64,000 bases of DNA from Acidobacteriota bacterium (GTDB lineage Bacteria > Acidobacteriota > Polarisedimenticolia > J045), in contig JAUZRX010000010.1 in NCBI GenBank assembly GCA_030949985.1, positions 85,148-149,147 of the forward strand, in the 5' to 3' direction. The notes under the pieces are model-generated. The model was not told the origin of the DNA. It saw only the letters and a list, made by a program, of their open reading frames with translations, and searched no databases. Below, piece after piece: positions 1 through 12,332 of this stretch. Numbering within the stretch: position 1 is the first letter of the stretch; every line of letters begins with the position of its first letter. The translations under genes and the position numbers were made by a program.

Positions 1-1709
<1,709 letters not shown>

Positions 1710-1710
<1 letters not shown>

Positions 1711-2210
1711 CAGTCTTCGTCCTCGTCGCCGGGGCCCCAGGCCCCATCCAGATCGTCCTGGCCCGAGCCTTCGAGCAGCGACCGTACGCTGCCAGGAGCA
1801 AACCCCGCCCGCAGCAGCCGACGCGCCAGGCGATCGCGCTCGCTCCGCTGCCGGGGAATCCGCCCCCCCGGCGCCAGCCGGGCCGCGGCGCGGCGCAGGG
1901 CCTGTTCCTCCTGCTCGGGAGGCAAGACCTCGTCCAGGACTTCTTCCACGAGATCCGGTTCCAGGTCTCTTCGGATCAGTTCCGCCCGGATGCGTCGCCG
2001 CCCCCGCCGGCTCTCGAGCGCCCGGCGGCGCGCGTGATTATAGGCGACCTGGCGGTCGTCGACTAAAGCCAGTCGCTCGAGCTTGAGAAGGACCTCCCCG
2101 ACTTCCCCCTCGTCCCACCCCGCGCGCACCAGGCGCCGGCGAATCTCGCCCCGGGTATAGGAACGCCGGGAGAGGAGATCGAGTGCCTTGTCCCACGCCG
2201 TGCCGCCCAT
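1710..2210 (-). CDS. recX: Recombination regulator RecX
   Basis: 166-aa ORF with RecX-like three-helix repeats (SYTRGEIRRRL..., RIRAELIRRDL...). Immediately upstream of alaS as in many bacteria; TGA/ATG junction with alaS. Confidence 0.7.
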
Positions 2211-2267
2211 GGGCAGAGGATAACCCGGCCGGCCGACACCGCGCTCATCGTTCTGCCGTGTCCGCGG

Positions 2268-3443
2268 TCAATCCCCCAGGCGCGTGATCTCGGGCAGGTC
2301 GGCCACGGCGACCTCCTCGACGTTCTCTCCACCCATCATCTGCTGCATCTCGTCCTGGGAAGCGGCGGCCGTCGACTGGATACCCTCCATCCGCAAGCGC
2401 AACTCGTCGCTGTTGGTCGCCCGGGCCAGGGCTTCCTCGCGGGTGATCAGGGAGCTTGCCCACAAGTCGTAGAGGGACTGGTCGAAGGTCTGCATGCCGT
2501 ACTGGGAAGTCCCCTGGGCGATGGCGTCCCGAATCATCTTCGTCTTGTCCTTGTTCTCGATGCACTCCCTGATGTACGGGGTGGCCCGCAGGATCTCCAC
2601 CGCCGGCACGCGGCCCTGGCCGTCGGCCCGCGGGATCAGGCGCATGGAGACACAGGCCTTGAGCACCGCCGCGAGTTGCAGGCGGATCTGCTTCTGGTGG
2701 TGCGGCGGGAAGACGGAGATGATGCGGTTGATGGTCTCGGTGGCATCGAGAGTGTGCAGGGTGGAGAGCACCAGGTGCCCGGTTTCCGCGGCCACCAGCG
2801 CTGTCTCGATGGTCTCGTAGTCCCGCATCTCACCCACCAGGATCACGTCGGGATCCTGCCGCAGGGCCGAACGCAGGGCATCGGCGAAAGAACTGGTGTC
2901 GACCTCCACCTCGCGCTGATTGATCAGCGACTTCTTGTCCCGGTGCAGATACTCGATGGGGTCCTCGATGGTCATGATGTGTTCGCAGCGCTGGGAATTG
3001 ATGTAGTCGATCATCGCCGCCAGGGTGGTCGACTTTCCCGAACCGGTGGAACCGGTCACGAGCACCAGGCCCCGATGTTCGTTCGCGATGGTCTCCAGCA
3101 CCGGGGGCAGAGCCAACTCCCGGATCGAAGCGACCCGGACCGGGATCATCCTCAGCACCAGGCCCACCGTGCCGCGTTGCTGGAAGACGTTGACACGAAA
3201 GCGCCCCAGGCCCGGAACCGAGTAGGCCAGGTCGATCTCGAAGTGTTCCTTGAACTTCTGCTTCTGGCGGGCACTCATGATCGAGAACGCCATGGCGATG
3301 GTGTCTTCTTGCATCATGCGGGGATGCTCGGTCATCGCCATCAGCCGCCCGTCGACCCGAATCACCGGGTAGGAACCGACCTTCAGGTGCAGATCCGATG
3401 CTCCTTTCTCGGCGGCCGACTTGAGCAGGTCGTTGATGTGCAC
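2268..3443 (-). CDS. pilT: Type IV pilus retraction ATPase PilT
   Basis: 391 aa; Walker A GSTGSGKSTT, Walker B ILVGEMRD, PilT signature YGMQTFDQSLYDL. N-terminus MHINDLLKSAAEKGASDLHL typical of PilT. Confidence 0.9.
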   Translation of the reverse strand: MHINDLLKSAAEKGASDLHLKVGSYPVIRVDGRLMAMTEHPRMMQEDTIAMAFSIMSARQKQKFKEHFEIDLAYSVPGLGRFRVNVFQQRGTVGLVLRMIPVRVASIRELALPPVLETIANEHRGLVLVTGSTGSGKSTTLAAMIDYINSQRCEHIMTIEDPIEYLHRDKKSLINQREVEVDTSSFADALRSALRQDPDVILVGEMRDYETIETALVAAETGHLVLSTLHTLDATETINRIISVFPPHHQKQIRLQLAAVLKACVSMRLIPRADGQGRVPAVEILRATPYIRECIENKDKTKMIRDAIAQGTSQYGMQTFDQSLYDLWASSLITREEALARATNSDELRLRMEGIQSTAAASQDEMQQMMGGENVEEVAVADLPEITRLGD

Positions 3444-3544
3444 GGCGGTCCTCTCTCACCCCGGGGGGTCTTGGAGCTTCTCGTAAGGCAATGTAGGCTT
3501 CTGCCCGGCGCGACGGCAAGCCGCGCCACCTGGAGGGTCGGGAG

Positions 3545-3937
3545 ATGCCCGCGTGGGTTCTTGTGCTGTCACAGGACAGCCTTTCTTCGTCTGGGCTCGA
3601 AGAAAGCGTGCGCCTGGCCGGGTTCTCACCCCGCCGGGCACCGGACCTGGCACGGACCGAGGTCCTGCTGCGCCAGGGCGAGGACCCCGCCGCCGCCGTC
3701 GTCGACCTGATCTCCACCGGCGAGGAGGGGATCGCCGTACTCCAGGCGCTGGCCGAACACACCACCCTGATCGCCATCGCCCCTGAAACCCCCTCCGACC
3801 TGGGCCTGGGCGCAGCACGCTGCGGAGCCGAAATCATCGGCCCCGACGAGGTCTCGGCAGCGCTGCCGCCGTTGCTTTCCCGGGTCGCCAAGGACGAACC
3901 AGGCCGAACGGGAACGGTACACGGCGAAGCCACCTAG
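3545..3937 (+). CDS. Hypothetical protein, possible degenerate receiver (CheY-like) domain
   Basis: 130-aa ORF with GC3-rich codon usage and GGAGGG/GGGAG RBS. Alternating beta/alpha pattern (WVLVLSQD, AAVVDLIS, LIAIAPET) reminiscent of a receiver fold, but conserved Lys not obvious. Divergent from pilT, upstream of the subtilase. Confidence 0.4.
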   Translation: MPAWVLVLSQDSLSSSGLEESVRLAGFSPRRAPDLARTEVLLRQGEDPAAAVVDLISTGEEGIAVLQALAEHTTLIAIAPETPSDLGLGAARCGAEIIGPDEVSAALPPLLSRVAKDEPGRTGTVHGEAT

Positions 3938-3995
3938 CCGGTCGACGCCAGCCGCGCCTTGCACCCGGCGCCCCGGGACAGTACTCCCTAGCCCC

Positions 3996-6900
3996 ATGAG
4001 ATGGCTCGCACACCTGCCCGGTGCGCGGCGGCCGTTTGGCGCCGCCGTGCCTTTTTTCTGTCTGCTGGTCTTTTTCGCGGGGCTGGCTCTTCCTACGCGT
4101 GCGGCGGAACGGCGCCGCCAGGGACCCGCCGGCTACCAACCCCCGGCGACCCGCCAGCGGCCGATCCGCGAACGCCCCGCGGCCCCGGCTTCGGTGAACG
4201 CCCCGCCCGGCGCGGCCATCTTTCCGGCGGACGAACCCGCCCGCCGCCAGCTCGAGCGCCTGGCCGCCCTCCGAGATTGGATCCTCTTCGATGGAGCGCG
4301 CTTCGACCCACTCCTCCATGGTCCCCCGGATCTCTCCGCCTTCGTCCCCGTCCCCCCCGGCTCGCGGAGCCTACCCGCCACCGCTCCGCGGCTGGCCGTG
4401 GTGCAGTTCGAGCAGGCTCCGGGACCGGCCCAACGAGCCCGGATCCTCGCCGCGGGAGCGGAGATCCTGTCCTACGTTCCCCACCAGGCCTACCTGGTAC
4501 GCGCCGATGCCTACGCCCTGGCGACCCTCGCGGGCAGCGCGGGGGTCCGCTGGGTCGGACGCTACGAACCCGGCTTCAAGGTCGACCGCCGCCTCGGCCG
4601 CCTGGCCCGCGGGCTGGCTCTCCAGCACCCCCTGCCAGGCGAGCGGGCCGAGTCCTTGCGGCTGGACCTGCTCTTCGCCCCCGGCGTCGATCTGGCCGGG
4701 GCCCGCGCCGCGGTCGGCCGGGCCTTGCCCGGCGTCGAAGTCCTGCAGGGCGCGGAAAGCAGCGGCGTGACGGCCCTGACCCTGGAACTGCCTCTCCGGC
4801 GGCTGGCCTTCGATCTCGGAGCGCTGGCGGCGCTCGAGGAAGTGGTGGTCGTCGAGCCTGCCGGGATGGTGGACCTGCACAACGACGATGCCGTCTGGAT
4901 CGGTCAGTCCTACGACGTCTTCGCCCGACAGAACTACTCCGCCTCGGCGACGATCTGGAAGCACGGCCTGCTCGGCGCCGGCGAGATCATCGCCATCGCC
5001 GATACCGGCGTGGACCCGGACGTGTGCTGGATGGAGGATGCCGCCGGGCTCCCTCCCGTGTCCAGCATACCGGCCTTCGGCGCCTCCCGGGGCCCCCTGC
5101 CGGTGGACGACACCCGGCGCAAGATCATCGCCTACAACCTGCTCGGCAGCCTGCAGGACTCGGCGACCGCCTACGACGTGCGCAGCGGTGACCCCCACGG
5201 CACCTGGGTCGCCATCGCGGCCGTGGGAGACAATCCGGACAATCCCGCCGACGAAAACGACCCGGTCGGACCGCACCACGACGCGAGTGACGGCATGGCC
5301 CCCCTGGCCAAGCTGGTGGTCGAGGACCTGGGCAACGACAGCGGGACCCTGGTGGGACTCGGTCTGCCCGTTCCCCGGGTGCTGGACAGGATGTTCGAGC
5401 AGGAGTACGAAGCCGGGGCGCGTATCTCCACCAACTCCTGGGGCTCGGCGGGCAACCAGTACGACCTGCTCTCCTTCTTCACGGACCGCATGGTCTGGAA
5501 CCACCCGGACTTTCTGATCGTCTTCAGCGCCGGCAACCGGGGCCCCTACGCCGGCAGCCTCGACTCGCCCGGAACGGCGAAAAACGTGGTCACCGTGGGC
5601 GCCTCCGAGGCCCGCCTTTCTCCCAGCGAGGACCTGGATCCCGACAACCTGGCGGAGTTTTCCTCGAGGGGGCCGACGGAAGATGGACGACTCAAGCCCG
5701 ATCTGGTGATCTCCGGCAAACAGCTGATCACGGGAGACTCCGACCTGGGAGAGACCGGCCGCACGTGCACGACCCGGGAAGTCAGCGGTACGTCCTTCGC
5801 CGCCCCCCTGACCGCGGGCTTCGCCGCCCTGGCCCGGGAGTACTTCCGCAAGGGCTTCTATCCCACGGGAACGGAGAACGCCGCTGACGGCTTCATCCCT
5901 TCCGCCGCCCTGCTCAAGGCCGTGCTGATCGCCGGCGCGTTGAACATGACCGGCCGCGGAGGACCCGACTACGGTCCGTGCAACATCGACACCTGCGACA
6001 CGCTCGTCGGCCTGTGCAGCAACACATTCACCACCTGCCAGGACGACGAAGAGTGCAGCCTCTGCGCAGGGAACCAGGGCCTGCAATGCCGGGACGACCG
6101 GGACTGCGACCTCTCGCTGGTACAGGACGACGCCCCCACGACAGACCAGGGCTGGGGCCGCCTGATGCTCGACGACGCCCTCTACTTCGACGGCGACAGT
6201 CGGGGCCTGGCCTTGTGGGACGTGCCCCGGAACGCGGGATTGAGCACAGGGGAGACGTGGTCGGCGGAATTTTACGTGGACTCCACCTCGAGCGACCTGA
6301 AAGTAGTGCTGACCTGGCCCGACCCGCCGTCCCTGGTGGCCTCGCCGACTTTCCTGGTCAACGACCTGGATCTTCGCCTGACCGCCCCCGACGGCACGGT
6401 GTACTGGGGCAACGCCTGGAATCCACGGGATCGATCCCCTTTCACCATCGAGTACACCCAGCCGGGTGTCCGCCCCCTCAACGATCCGGACAACGTGGAG
6501 ATGGTGCGCCTGGCGGGCTACACCCTGACTCCCGGTCTGTGGAAGGTCGAGGTGGTGGGCGAGTCCGTTCCAGGGTCCGGCTGGGCGGATCTCAGCAGCC
6601 GCCAGGACTTCGCCGTCGTCGCCACCGGACCCGTCTCCACCAGCGGGGGCACGGTGAGCTTCGACAAGCAGCGCTACCCCTGCAGCGGCGACGTGGTGAT
6701 CGAGGTTCTCGACGGCAATCGCACCATCGCGCCGACGGTCGACGTCACCACAGGCTCGGGTGACGCCGAAACCCTGACCCTCGTCGACGCGGGCGGCGGA
6801 CGTTTCACCGGCAGCCTGCCCCTGGCCGCCAACACCGCCCTGGCGACCTCCGACGGCATCCTCCAGGTGGCTGATTCCGAAACCCTGACGGTGACCTACG

Positions 6901-9794
6901 ACGACGACGATCCGCTGTTGAGCGCCACGGCGAAGGCTTCGGTGGCCTGCTCGGGAAGCGTGCAAATCGCCGCCGCGACGATCAGCGGCGGCTGCGACAA
7001 CGACGGTTACCTCGATGCGGGCGAGTCGGTGGACCTGGCGCTGACGCTGGTCAACCCCGGCCGTACGGACCTCCCCGGTGTCCAGGCCCGACTGGTCTCC
7101 TCCCTCGGTGACGTCTTCATCGAACAGGACACCAGTACCTTCGGCACGATCCCCGCCGGAGGCTCGGCGGCGGGAGTCGCCGCCTACCGCCTTTCCCTGC
7201 GAGACGGGGCCGCCCCCCGCGACACCCGCGGGCTGGAGCTGGTGGTGACCACCAGCGACTCTTCCGTCCAGCGGCGAGTGCCCCTGCCCCTGACGGTGGA
7301 GGCCGACGAGCAGCGCACCCAGGCCACCTGGAGCGAGGACTTCACCTCCGCCACGCTGCTCTGCCACGACGGCTCTTCCGACGCGCCCCTGGACTCCTGG
7401 TACTACTTCGACCTGGACCAGAACTGCTCGACCAGCGAGGAGACCTGGCAGTTCTCCTTCTGCTTCGGTGAGCCCATGGCCCTCTTCCCCTCCTGCAACG
7501 GCACCTGGCTGTCGACCAGCAACGAAAAGCACCACCGCCTGGTCTCGCCCCAGGTCGACACGGGCCCCGCGGGCTCACGCACGGTGCTCCAGCGGGTACG
7601 CTTCCTCGAGGACTACCACCTGTTGATCAACGAGGACGGCAAGCTCTGTGACCGCACGGTGGTCGACATTTTCACCAACCGCGACGGGCGGTTGATCTCG
7701 AGCGGCTACTACCGCAACCAGTCCGCCGACGGAAACGACCACCAGGTCGACCTGGACCTGAGCGAGATCGCCGAATTCGAGCTGCCACCGGTGCCCGACG
7801 CGACCCTCTTCCAGCTCATCTTCCATGCCGCCTCCAACGACACCGAAACCGGCGCCTCTTCCTGCGGGGGCTCGTCGGGGGACGAGTACCGCTGGCGGGT
7901 GGACAACGTCGAAGTCGACTACGAAAACATCCAGATCGTCGATGACGCCACGGCGGCCTGCGCTCCGGGCTGCACCCCGCCGGACACGCCCCAGGCCCTG
8001 ACCGCCACCCGGCTCGACACCGGCGGCGTCCTGGTGGCCTGGGACCCTGTCGGCGGCGCGGATCACTACGACGTCTACCGCGTCACCGGCGGCGCGCGGG
8101 TCCTCGCCGGTCGGGTCCAGGCCCCCGACGCGGCCCTGGTGGATCTGCCGGAGGATCCGGCCACCGACACGTGGGAAGTCGAGGCGGTCAGCGCCTCGGG
8201 GCTCTGCGCCTCGGCGGCGGCCTCCACGGGCCTGACCGGTCCCGCGCCCGACTGCCGCCTGGCGCCGAGCGCCCCGGCGAGCCTGGTCGCCACCGATGGC
8301 GCCGGCGCCACCTGCAGCTTGCAGCTCGACTGGGCCGCCGCGACCTCACCGTGCTCGCATCCGGTGGAATACGCGGTCTATCGCTCCACCGAGGAGAACT
8401 TCGTCACCGGGCCGGGAAACCTCCTCGCCCGCACCGCGGCCACGTCGCTGGTGGACGACGCCCTGCTCAGCGGATGGGACGATCAGGGCCAGCCCACCGG
8501 GCAGGTCTACCACTACGCGGTGCGGGCCGTGGATACGGTGACCCAGGTCGAGGGGGACGCGGTCCGGGGCCGTTTCCGCGCCGGCGGACCGCGACAGCTC
8601 GGCACGTGGCTCGACGATGCCGGCGACACTGTTCCGGCGAAGATGACCAGCACGGTCAGCGTCGACGAGAATGACGCGGGGGCGGGCTGGTCCCGCTCTC
8701 CCGTCGCGGTGCGCCACGGGGGCGACTGGTCCTACTGGACCGACGACGAGTCCCTGGGCGACGGGCGCTACCCGCCCCTGTCCTGCTTCTCCCTGGTCAG
8801 CCCCGACGTGGCGCTCGACGGTTCCGGAGGCTCGGAACTGCACCTGTGGGTCGACTACGACATCGAGTACCAGTGGGACGGCCTGGTCATCGAGATCGCC
8901 GTCGACGGCGGCGCTTTCACGCCGATCGACCCCATCGGCGGCTACCCGAGCACCTTCGCCCAGACCGTGGCCCCGCCCTGCGCCGGCGCGGGCGGCGGCA
9001 GCGGATCGTGGATCAACGGCTGTGACTATCCACCGAGCCAGGGGGCCATCACCGGACCCGACGTGGACGGCCTTTCCGGCTGGCAGGAGTTCGTCTTCGA
9101 CCTCTCCGCCTGGGCCGGCAGCGAGCTGCGCTTCCGCGCCCGCATGTCCACCGACTGCGGTACGGACGGGGGCGCGGTGCTCGACGACCTGTCCATCACG
9201 GCGGCCCTGCTGCCCACCTCCTGCCAGGCGGGAGGCTGCTACCCCGCGCCCAGCTTCGCGGGCCTGCTGGAGGCGAAGGACCCCGACCCCCAGACCGCCG
9301 GCGCCATCGAACTGAGCTGGGGCGCGGTGGAGAGCTGGGGCGGCGGCGGCCCGGGCGAGTTCGTGATCTACCGTGACGGCGAGGAGATCGCCCGCGTGGC
9401 GGCGGATCAGACCTCCTACACCGACCTCCAGGCGGAGGCCAACCGGCCCCACCTCTATCAGGTCGTCGCGCGTTCCGGAAGCGGTTGCGACCTGCCCGGC
9501 CCGGCCCCCTCCCGCATCGAGGTGACGGACTGCGGCGACCTGGAGGGTGCGGTGCAGACGGCGGCCCGCCTCGAGGTGCTGCAAGGCGTCTCGACAACCA
9601 ACCTGGTCCTGCGTTCGACGCCCATCGGGGGCGCCGCCCGCTATCGATTCCTCCACTCGGGAGATCCCGCCACCGTGGCCGGATCGACCACCTTCCTCGA
9701 AGCCCCGGCGCCCGAAGCGCGCCATGGGGTGCGGAGCGACGGCCTGAACTATTTCTACCTGGTCGAGGGGCACCCTTCCCCGGCCTGCCCGTGA
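3996..9794 (+). CDS. Giant secreted subtilisin-family (S8) serine protease, 1,932 aa, with P-domain/FN3-like/MAM-like C-terminal domains
   Basis: N-terminal signal peptide (FFCLLVFFAGLALPTRAAE). Catalytic triad motifs IAIADTGVD (Asp), HGTWVAIAAVG (His), GTSFAAPLTAGFAAL (Ser). Downstream repeated beta-rich, Cys-containing domains (e.g. ATRLDTGGVLVAWDPVGGADHYDVYRV). Confidence 0.85.
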   Translation: MRWLAHLPGARRPFGAAVPFFCLLVFFAGLALPTRAAERRRQGPAGYQPPATRQRPIRERPAAPASVNAPPGAAIFPADEPARRQLERLAALRDWILFDGARFDPLLHGPPDLSAFVPVPPGSRSLPATAPRLAVVQFEQAPGPAQRARILAAGAEILSYVPHQAYLVRADAYALATLAGSAGVRWVGRYEPGFKVDRRLGRLARGLALQHPLPGERAESLRLDLLFAPGVDLAGARAAVGRALPGVEVLQGAESSGVTALTLELPLRRLAFDLGALAALEEVVVVEPAGMVDLHNDDAVWIGQSYDVFARQNYSASATIWKHGLLGAGEIIAIADTGVDPDVCWMEDAAGLPPVSSIPAFGASRGPLPVDDTRRKIIAYNLLGSLQDSATAYDVRSGDPHGTWVAIAAVGDNPDNPADENDPVGPHHDASDGMAPLAKLVVEDLGNDSGTLVGLGLPVPRVLDRMFEQEYEAGARISTNSWGSAGNQYDLLSFFTDRMVWNHPDFLIVFSAGNRGPYAGSLDSPGTAKNVVTVGASEARLSPSEDLDPDNLAEFSSRGPTEDGRLKPDLVISGKQLITGDSDLGETGRTCTTREVSGTSFAAPLTAGFAALAREYFRKGFYPTGTENAADGFIPSAALLKAVLIAGALNMTGRGGPDYGPCNIDTCDTLVGLCSNTFTTCQDDEECSLCAGNQGLQCRDDRDCDLSLVQDDAPTTDQGWGRLMLDDALYFDGDSRGLALWDVPRNAGLSTGETWSAEFYVDSTSSDLKVVLTWPDPPSLVASPTFLVNDLDLRLTAPDGTVYWGNAWNPRDRSPFTIEYTQPGVRPLNDPDNVEMVRLAGYTLTPGLWKVEVVGESVPGSGWADLSSRQDFAVVATGPVSTSGGTVSFDKQRYPCSGDVVIEVLDGNRTIAPTVDVTTGSGDAETLTLVDAGGGRFTGSLPLAANTALATSDGILQVADSETLTVTYDDDDPLLSATAKASVACSGSVQIAAATISGGCDNDGYLDAGESVDLALTLVNPGRTDLPGVQARLVSSLGDVFIEQDTSTFGTIPAGGSAAGVAAYRLSLRDGAAPRDTRGLELVVTTSDSSVQRRVPLPLTVEADEQRTQATWSEDFTSATLLCHDGSSDAPLDSWYYFDLDQNCSTSEETWQFSFCFGEPMALFPSCNGTWLSTSNEKHHRLVSPQVDTGPAGSRTVLQRVRFLEDYHLLINEDGKLCDRTVVDIFTNRDGRLISSGYYRNQSADGNDHQVDLDLSEIAEFELPPVPDATLFQLIFHAASNDTETGASSCGGSSGDEYRWRVDNVEVDYENIQIVDDATAACAPGCTPPDTPQALTATRLDTGGVLVAWDPVGGADHYDVYRVTGGARVLAGRVQAPDAALVDLPEDPATDTWEVEAVSASGLCASAAASTGLTGPAPDCRLAPSAPASLVATDGAGATCSLQLDWAAATSPCSHPVEYAVYRSTEENFVTGPGNLLARTAATSLVDDALLSGWDDQGQPTGQVYHYAVRAVDTVTQVEGDAVRGRFRAGGPRQLGTWLDDAGDTVPAKMTSTVSVDENDAGAGWSRSPVAVRHGGDWSYWTDDESLGDGRYPPLSCFSLVSPDVALDGSGGSELHLWVDYDIEYQWDGLVIEIAVDGGAFTPIDPIGGYPSTFAQTVAPPCAGAGGGSGSWINGCDYPPSQGAITGPDVDGLSGWQEFVFDLSAWAGSELRFRARMSTDCGTDGGAVLDDLSITAALLPTSCQAGGCYPAPSFAGLLEAKDPDPQTAGAIELSWGAVESWGGGGPGEFVIYRDGEEIARVAADQTSYTDLQAEANRPHLYQVVARSGSGCDLPGPAPSRIEVTDCGDLEGAVQTAARLEVLQGVSTTNLVLRSTPIGGAARYRFLHSGDPATVAGSTTFLEAPAPEARHGVRSDGLNYFYLVEGHPSPACP

Positions 9795-9864
9795 GGCCGG
9801 CCGGCGCGGCCATTCCAGGGTTACAGGGCGGCGTGACGGGGCCGATAAGCTCTCCGGGAGAGCT

Positions 9865-12060
9865 GTGTTGAACGAACCTGGAGCGATCGGCGCCATCCTC
9901 TTCGCCCTGCCCCCGGCGATGATGGCCGGAGTGACCGTCCGACGCTGGTTGCGGGACCGGCGCAGGGGCCGCCAGGCCACGCCCCGCTGGACCCTGGCTG
10001 GACTCTGCGTATGGGCGACGATCGCGGCGGCGGCCGTCGCCATCCCCCTTCCCTGGCCCCTTCCGGGCCTGTTCGACGGTGCCGGCGAAGGCTTGGCCCG
10101 GATCCTGGGCCTCGAGGCCCTGCTCACCGTGGCCCTGGTCACCGGCTGGCTGCTGGACGACGCCGCACGCCGTCACCGCCACCTGCATCTGCTCGAATCC
10201 GCCAGCCAGCGCAGGCTGCGCCAGACCGAACGCAGCTTCGCGGCGTTGGTGGAGGCGATTCCCGAAGCGGTGATCGTGGTCTCCACCACCGGCCTGGAGA
10301 TCCTCGCCACCAACGCCTTCGCCCGCCGCTGGTTGGGTCGCGAGGAAGAGCCCCACCAACCGGTTCCTCTCGCACAGTGGCTGGCCCCCGAAGAGTCGGG
10401 CGACCTCCAGGCCCTGCTGGCGAAGGTCTGCGAACGCTCGGCCGCGCGGCCCCAGCCGCTGCGCTTTCGCCGGGCGGACGGCACGACCGTCGAAGCCGAG
10501 GTGGTGGGCGCCAGCCTGCTGTTCAGGGACCGACCGGCCATGGCGCTGGTGGCCCGCGACGTCAGCGCCGCCGAGCAGGCCCTGCGGGCGGCCCAGGCTC
10601 TGTCCCGCGCCAAGGACCGTCTGCTGACCCACGTCTCCTACGAGGTTCGCACGCCCCTCAGCGGCATCTTCGGCACCTGCGAGTTCCTCCTGGACGACGA
10701 TCCCCATCCGGCTCTCAGGGAGGGCCTGGAGACGATCCAGCGCTGTGCCGGGGACCTGCTGCTGACCGTCGACGACGTGCTCGACTTCTCTCGACTGGAA
10801 GCCGGCCAGTTCGAGCTGCTGCCCACCGTCTTCGAGCCTGCGGCCATCGTCGAAGAGGTCTGTCAGCATCTCTCCCCCCGGGCCCAGGCCAAGGGTTTGC
10901 TGCTGGTGGACATCCCCCGGCGGGACCTCCCCCGGGCCGTCCGCGCCGACGCCGCCCGGCTGCGCCAGATCCTCCTCAACGTGGTGGGCAACGCGATCCG
11001 CTTCTCCCTGCGGGGCGAGATCGTCGTGCGCGCCGAACCTGCCGGCCCGGTCCAGGCCGGAAGCCGCCGCCTGCGATTTTCCGTCAGCGACCAGGGGCCC
11101 GGCATCCCCCCGGACATGCAGGAGCGGATCTTCGAGACCCACCCCACCGATGCGGGTGAAGGAGGCGGAAGCGGCGCCCTGGGCCTGGCCCTGAGCCGGC
11201 AACTGTGCCGGGCGATGGGAGGCGAGATCCGTGTCCACTCCACGCCCGGCGAGGGATCCACCTTCACCATCGAGCTTCCCGCGGAACTCGTGGACGCAAC
11301 CCCTACTCCCGCGGCCCGGCACCTGGCCGGCCGTCCGGCGCTGGTGCTCCACCCTTCGGCGGCGGTCCGCCGTTGCCTGCGGGAGAAGCTGCTCTTCCTG
11401 GGATTGCGTTGCCGCGAGGCCGACTCGACCCAAGCCGCCATCGACCACCTCCACCAGGCCGCCCGACAGGGAGCGCCGGCCGAGCTGTTGCTGATCGACC
11501 CCGCCCTGGCCGGTGACGGCCGGATCGCCGCGGCCGCCGGGCCGAACGCTCCGCCCCTGGTCGAAGTGGGCGGAAGCGGCCTCGCCTTGCCCCTGACCCG
11601 CTCCCGGCTGAGGGAAAAACTCGACCAGCTCTGGGCTCCCGCGGCGGACCGCGACGAGGCGACGGCGTGCCCGGCGGCACGCATCCTCGTCGTGGAGGAC
11701 AACCCGGTCAATGCACGGCTGGTCACCAGCCTCCTCGAAAAAGCGGGGCACGAGGTGAGCCGGGCCGACGACGGCCAGAAGGCCCTCGATCGGCTCGAGC
11801 GGCAACCCTTCGACCTGGTTCTGATGGACATCCAGATGCCGGTGCTCGATGGCCTGGAGGCCACCCGTCGCATGCGGCGCCACCCCAAGCTGCAGGACGT
11901 GCCGGTGATCGCCCTGACGGCCCACGCCATGGCGGGGGATCGGGATCTCTGCCTGGAAGTGGGAATGAACGACTACCTGAGCAAGCCGATCCGCCGGCGG
12001 GAACTGCTCGAAACCGTCAACCGCTGCCTGCGCCGCCGACTGTCCCCCACGCTTCCCTGA
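9865..12060 (+). CDS. Hybrid sensor histidine kinase (TM/PAS-HisKA-HATPase_c-REC)
   Basis: 731 aa; HisKA H-box LTHVSYEVRTPLSGI, HATPase N/G boxes (LLNVVGNAIRFS, DQGPGIP, GSGALGLALS), C-terminal receiver (ILVVEDNPVNARL...DLVLMDIQMP...SKP). Confidence 0.85.
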   Translation: MLNEPGAIGAILFALPPAMMAGVTVRRWLRDRRRGRQATPRWTLAGLCVWATIAAAAVAIPLPWPLPGLFDGAGEGLARILGLEALLTVALVTGWLLDDAARRHRHLHLLESASQRRLRQTERSFAALVEAIPEAVIVVSTTGLEILATNAFARRWLGREEEPHQPVPLAQWLAPEESGDLQALLAKVCERSAARPQPLRFRRADGTTVEAEVVGASLLFRDRPAMALVARDVSAAEQALRAAQALSRAKDRLLTHVSYEVRTPLSGIFGTCEFLLDDDPHPALREGLETIQRCAGDLLLTVDDVLDFSRLEAGQFELLPTVFEPAAIVEEVCQHLSPRAQAKGLLLVDIPRRDLPRAVRADAARLRQILLNVVGNAIRFSLRGEIVVRAEPAGPVQAGSRRLRFSVSDQGPGIPPDMQERIFETHPTDAGEGGGSGALGLALSRQLCRAMGGEIRVHSTPGEGSTFTIELPAELVDATPTPAARHLAGRPALVLHPSAAVRRCLREKLLFLGLRCREADSTQAAIDHLHQAARQGAPAELLLIDPALAGDGRIAAAAGPNAPPLVEVGGSGLALPLTRSRLREKLDQLWAPAADRDEATACPAARILVVEDNPVNARLVTSLLEKAGHEVSRADDGQKALDRLERQPFDLVLMDIQMPVLDGLEATRRMRRHPKLQDVPVIALTAHAMAGDRDLCLEVGMNDYLSKPIRRRELLETVNRCLRRRLSPTLP

Positions 12061-12332
12061 ACCCACCCACCGTGGAGCGAAGAATGGGCACCCCGGTCCA
12101 GAGGCCCAGACGGCGCAAGCCCGCGGGGTGGGGCCGGGTTGCGTCCAGCCGCGCACCGGGGCGGCACCCGGGCCGGCTGAGCCGCGACCCGGGAGGCGGC
12201 CGATCGCCGCCGGCTGCCCTTCCCGTCCCCCCTGGAAGCCAAGCCCCACGGCCTGAGGCAAGCTTTTCGAGCCCGCCCCCCCCGGCAGCCCGGCCGGCCG
12301 GGAACCACATTGTCCGCTCCACGGTGGACGGA

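Noticed and set aside
4371-7535. 1,054-aa minus-strand ORF
   Set aside because: Antisense to the subtilase gene; Gly/Arg/Ala-rich low-complexity translation typical of the unused frame in 70% GC DNA; no domains; no RBS.
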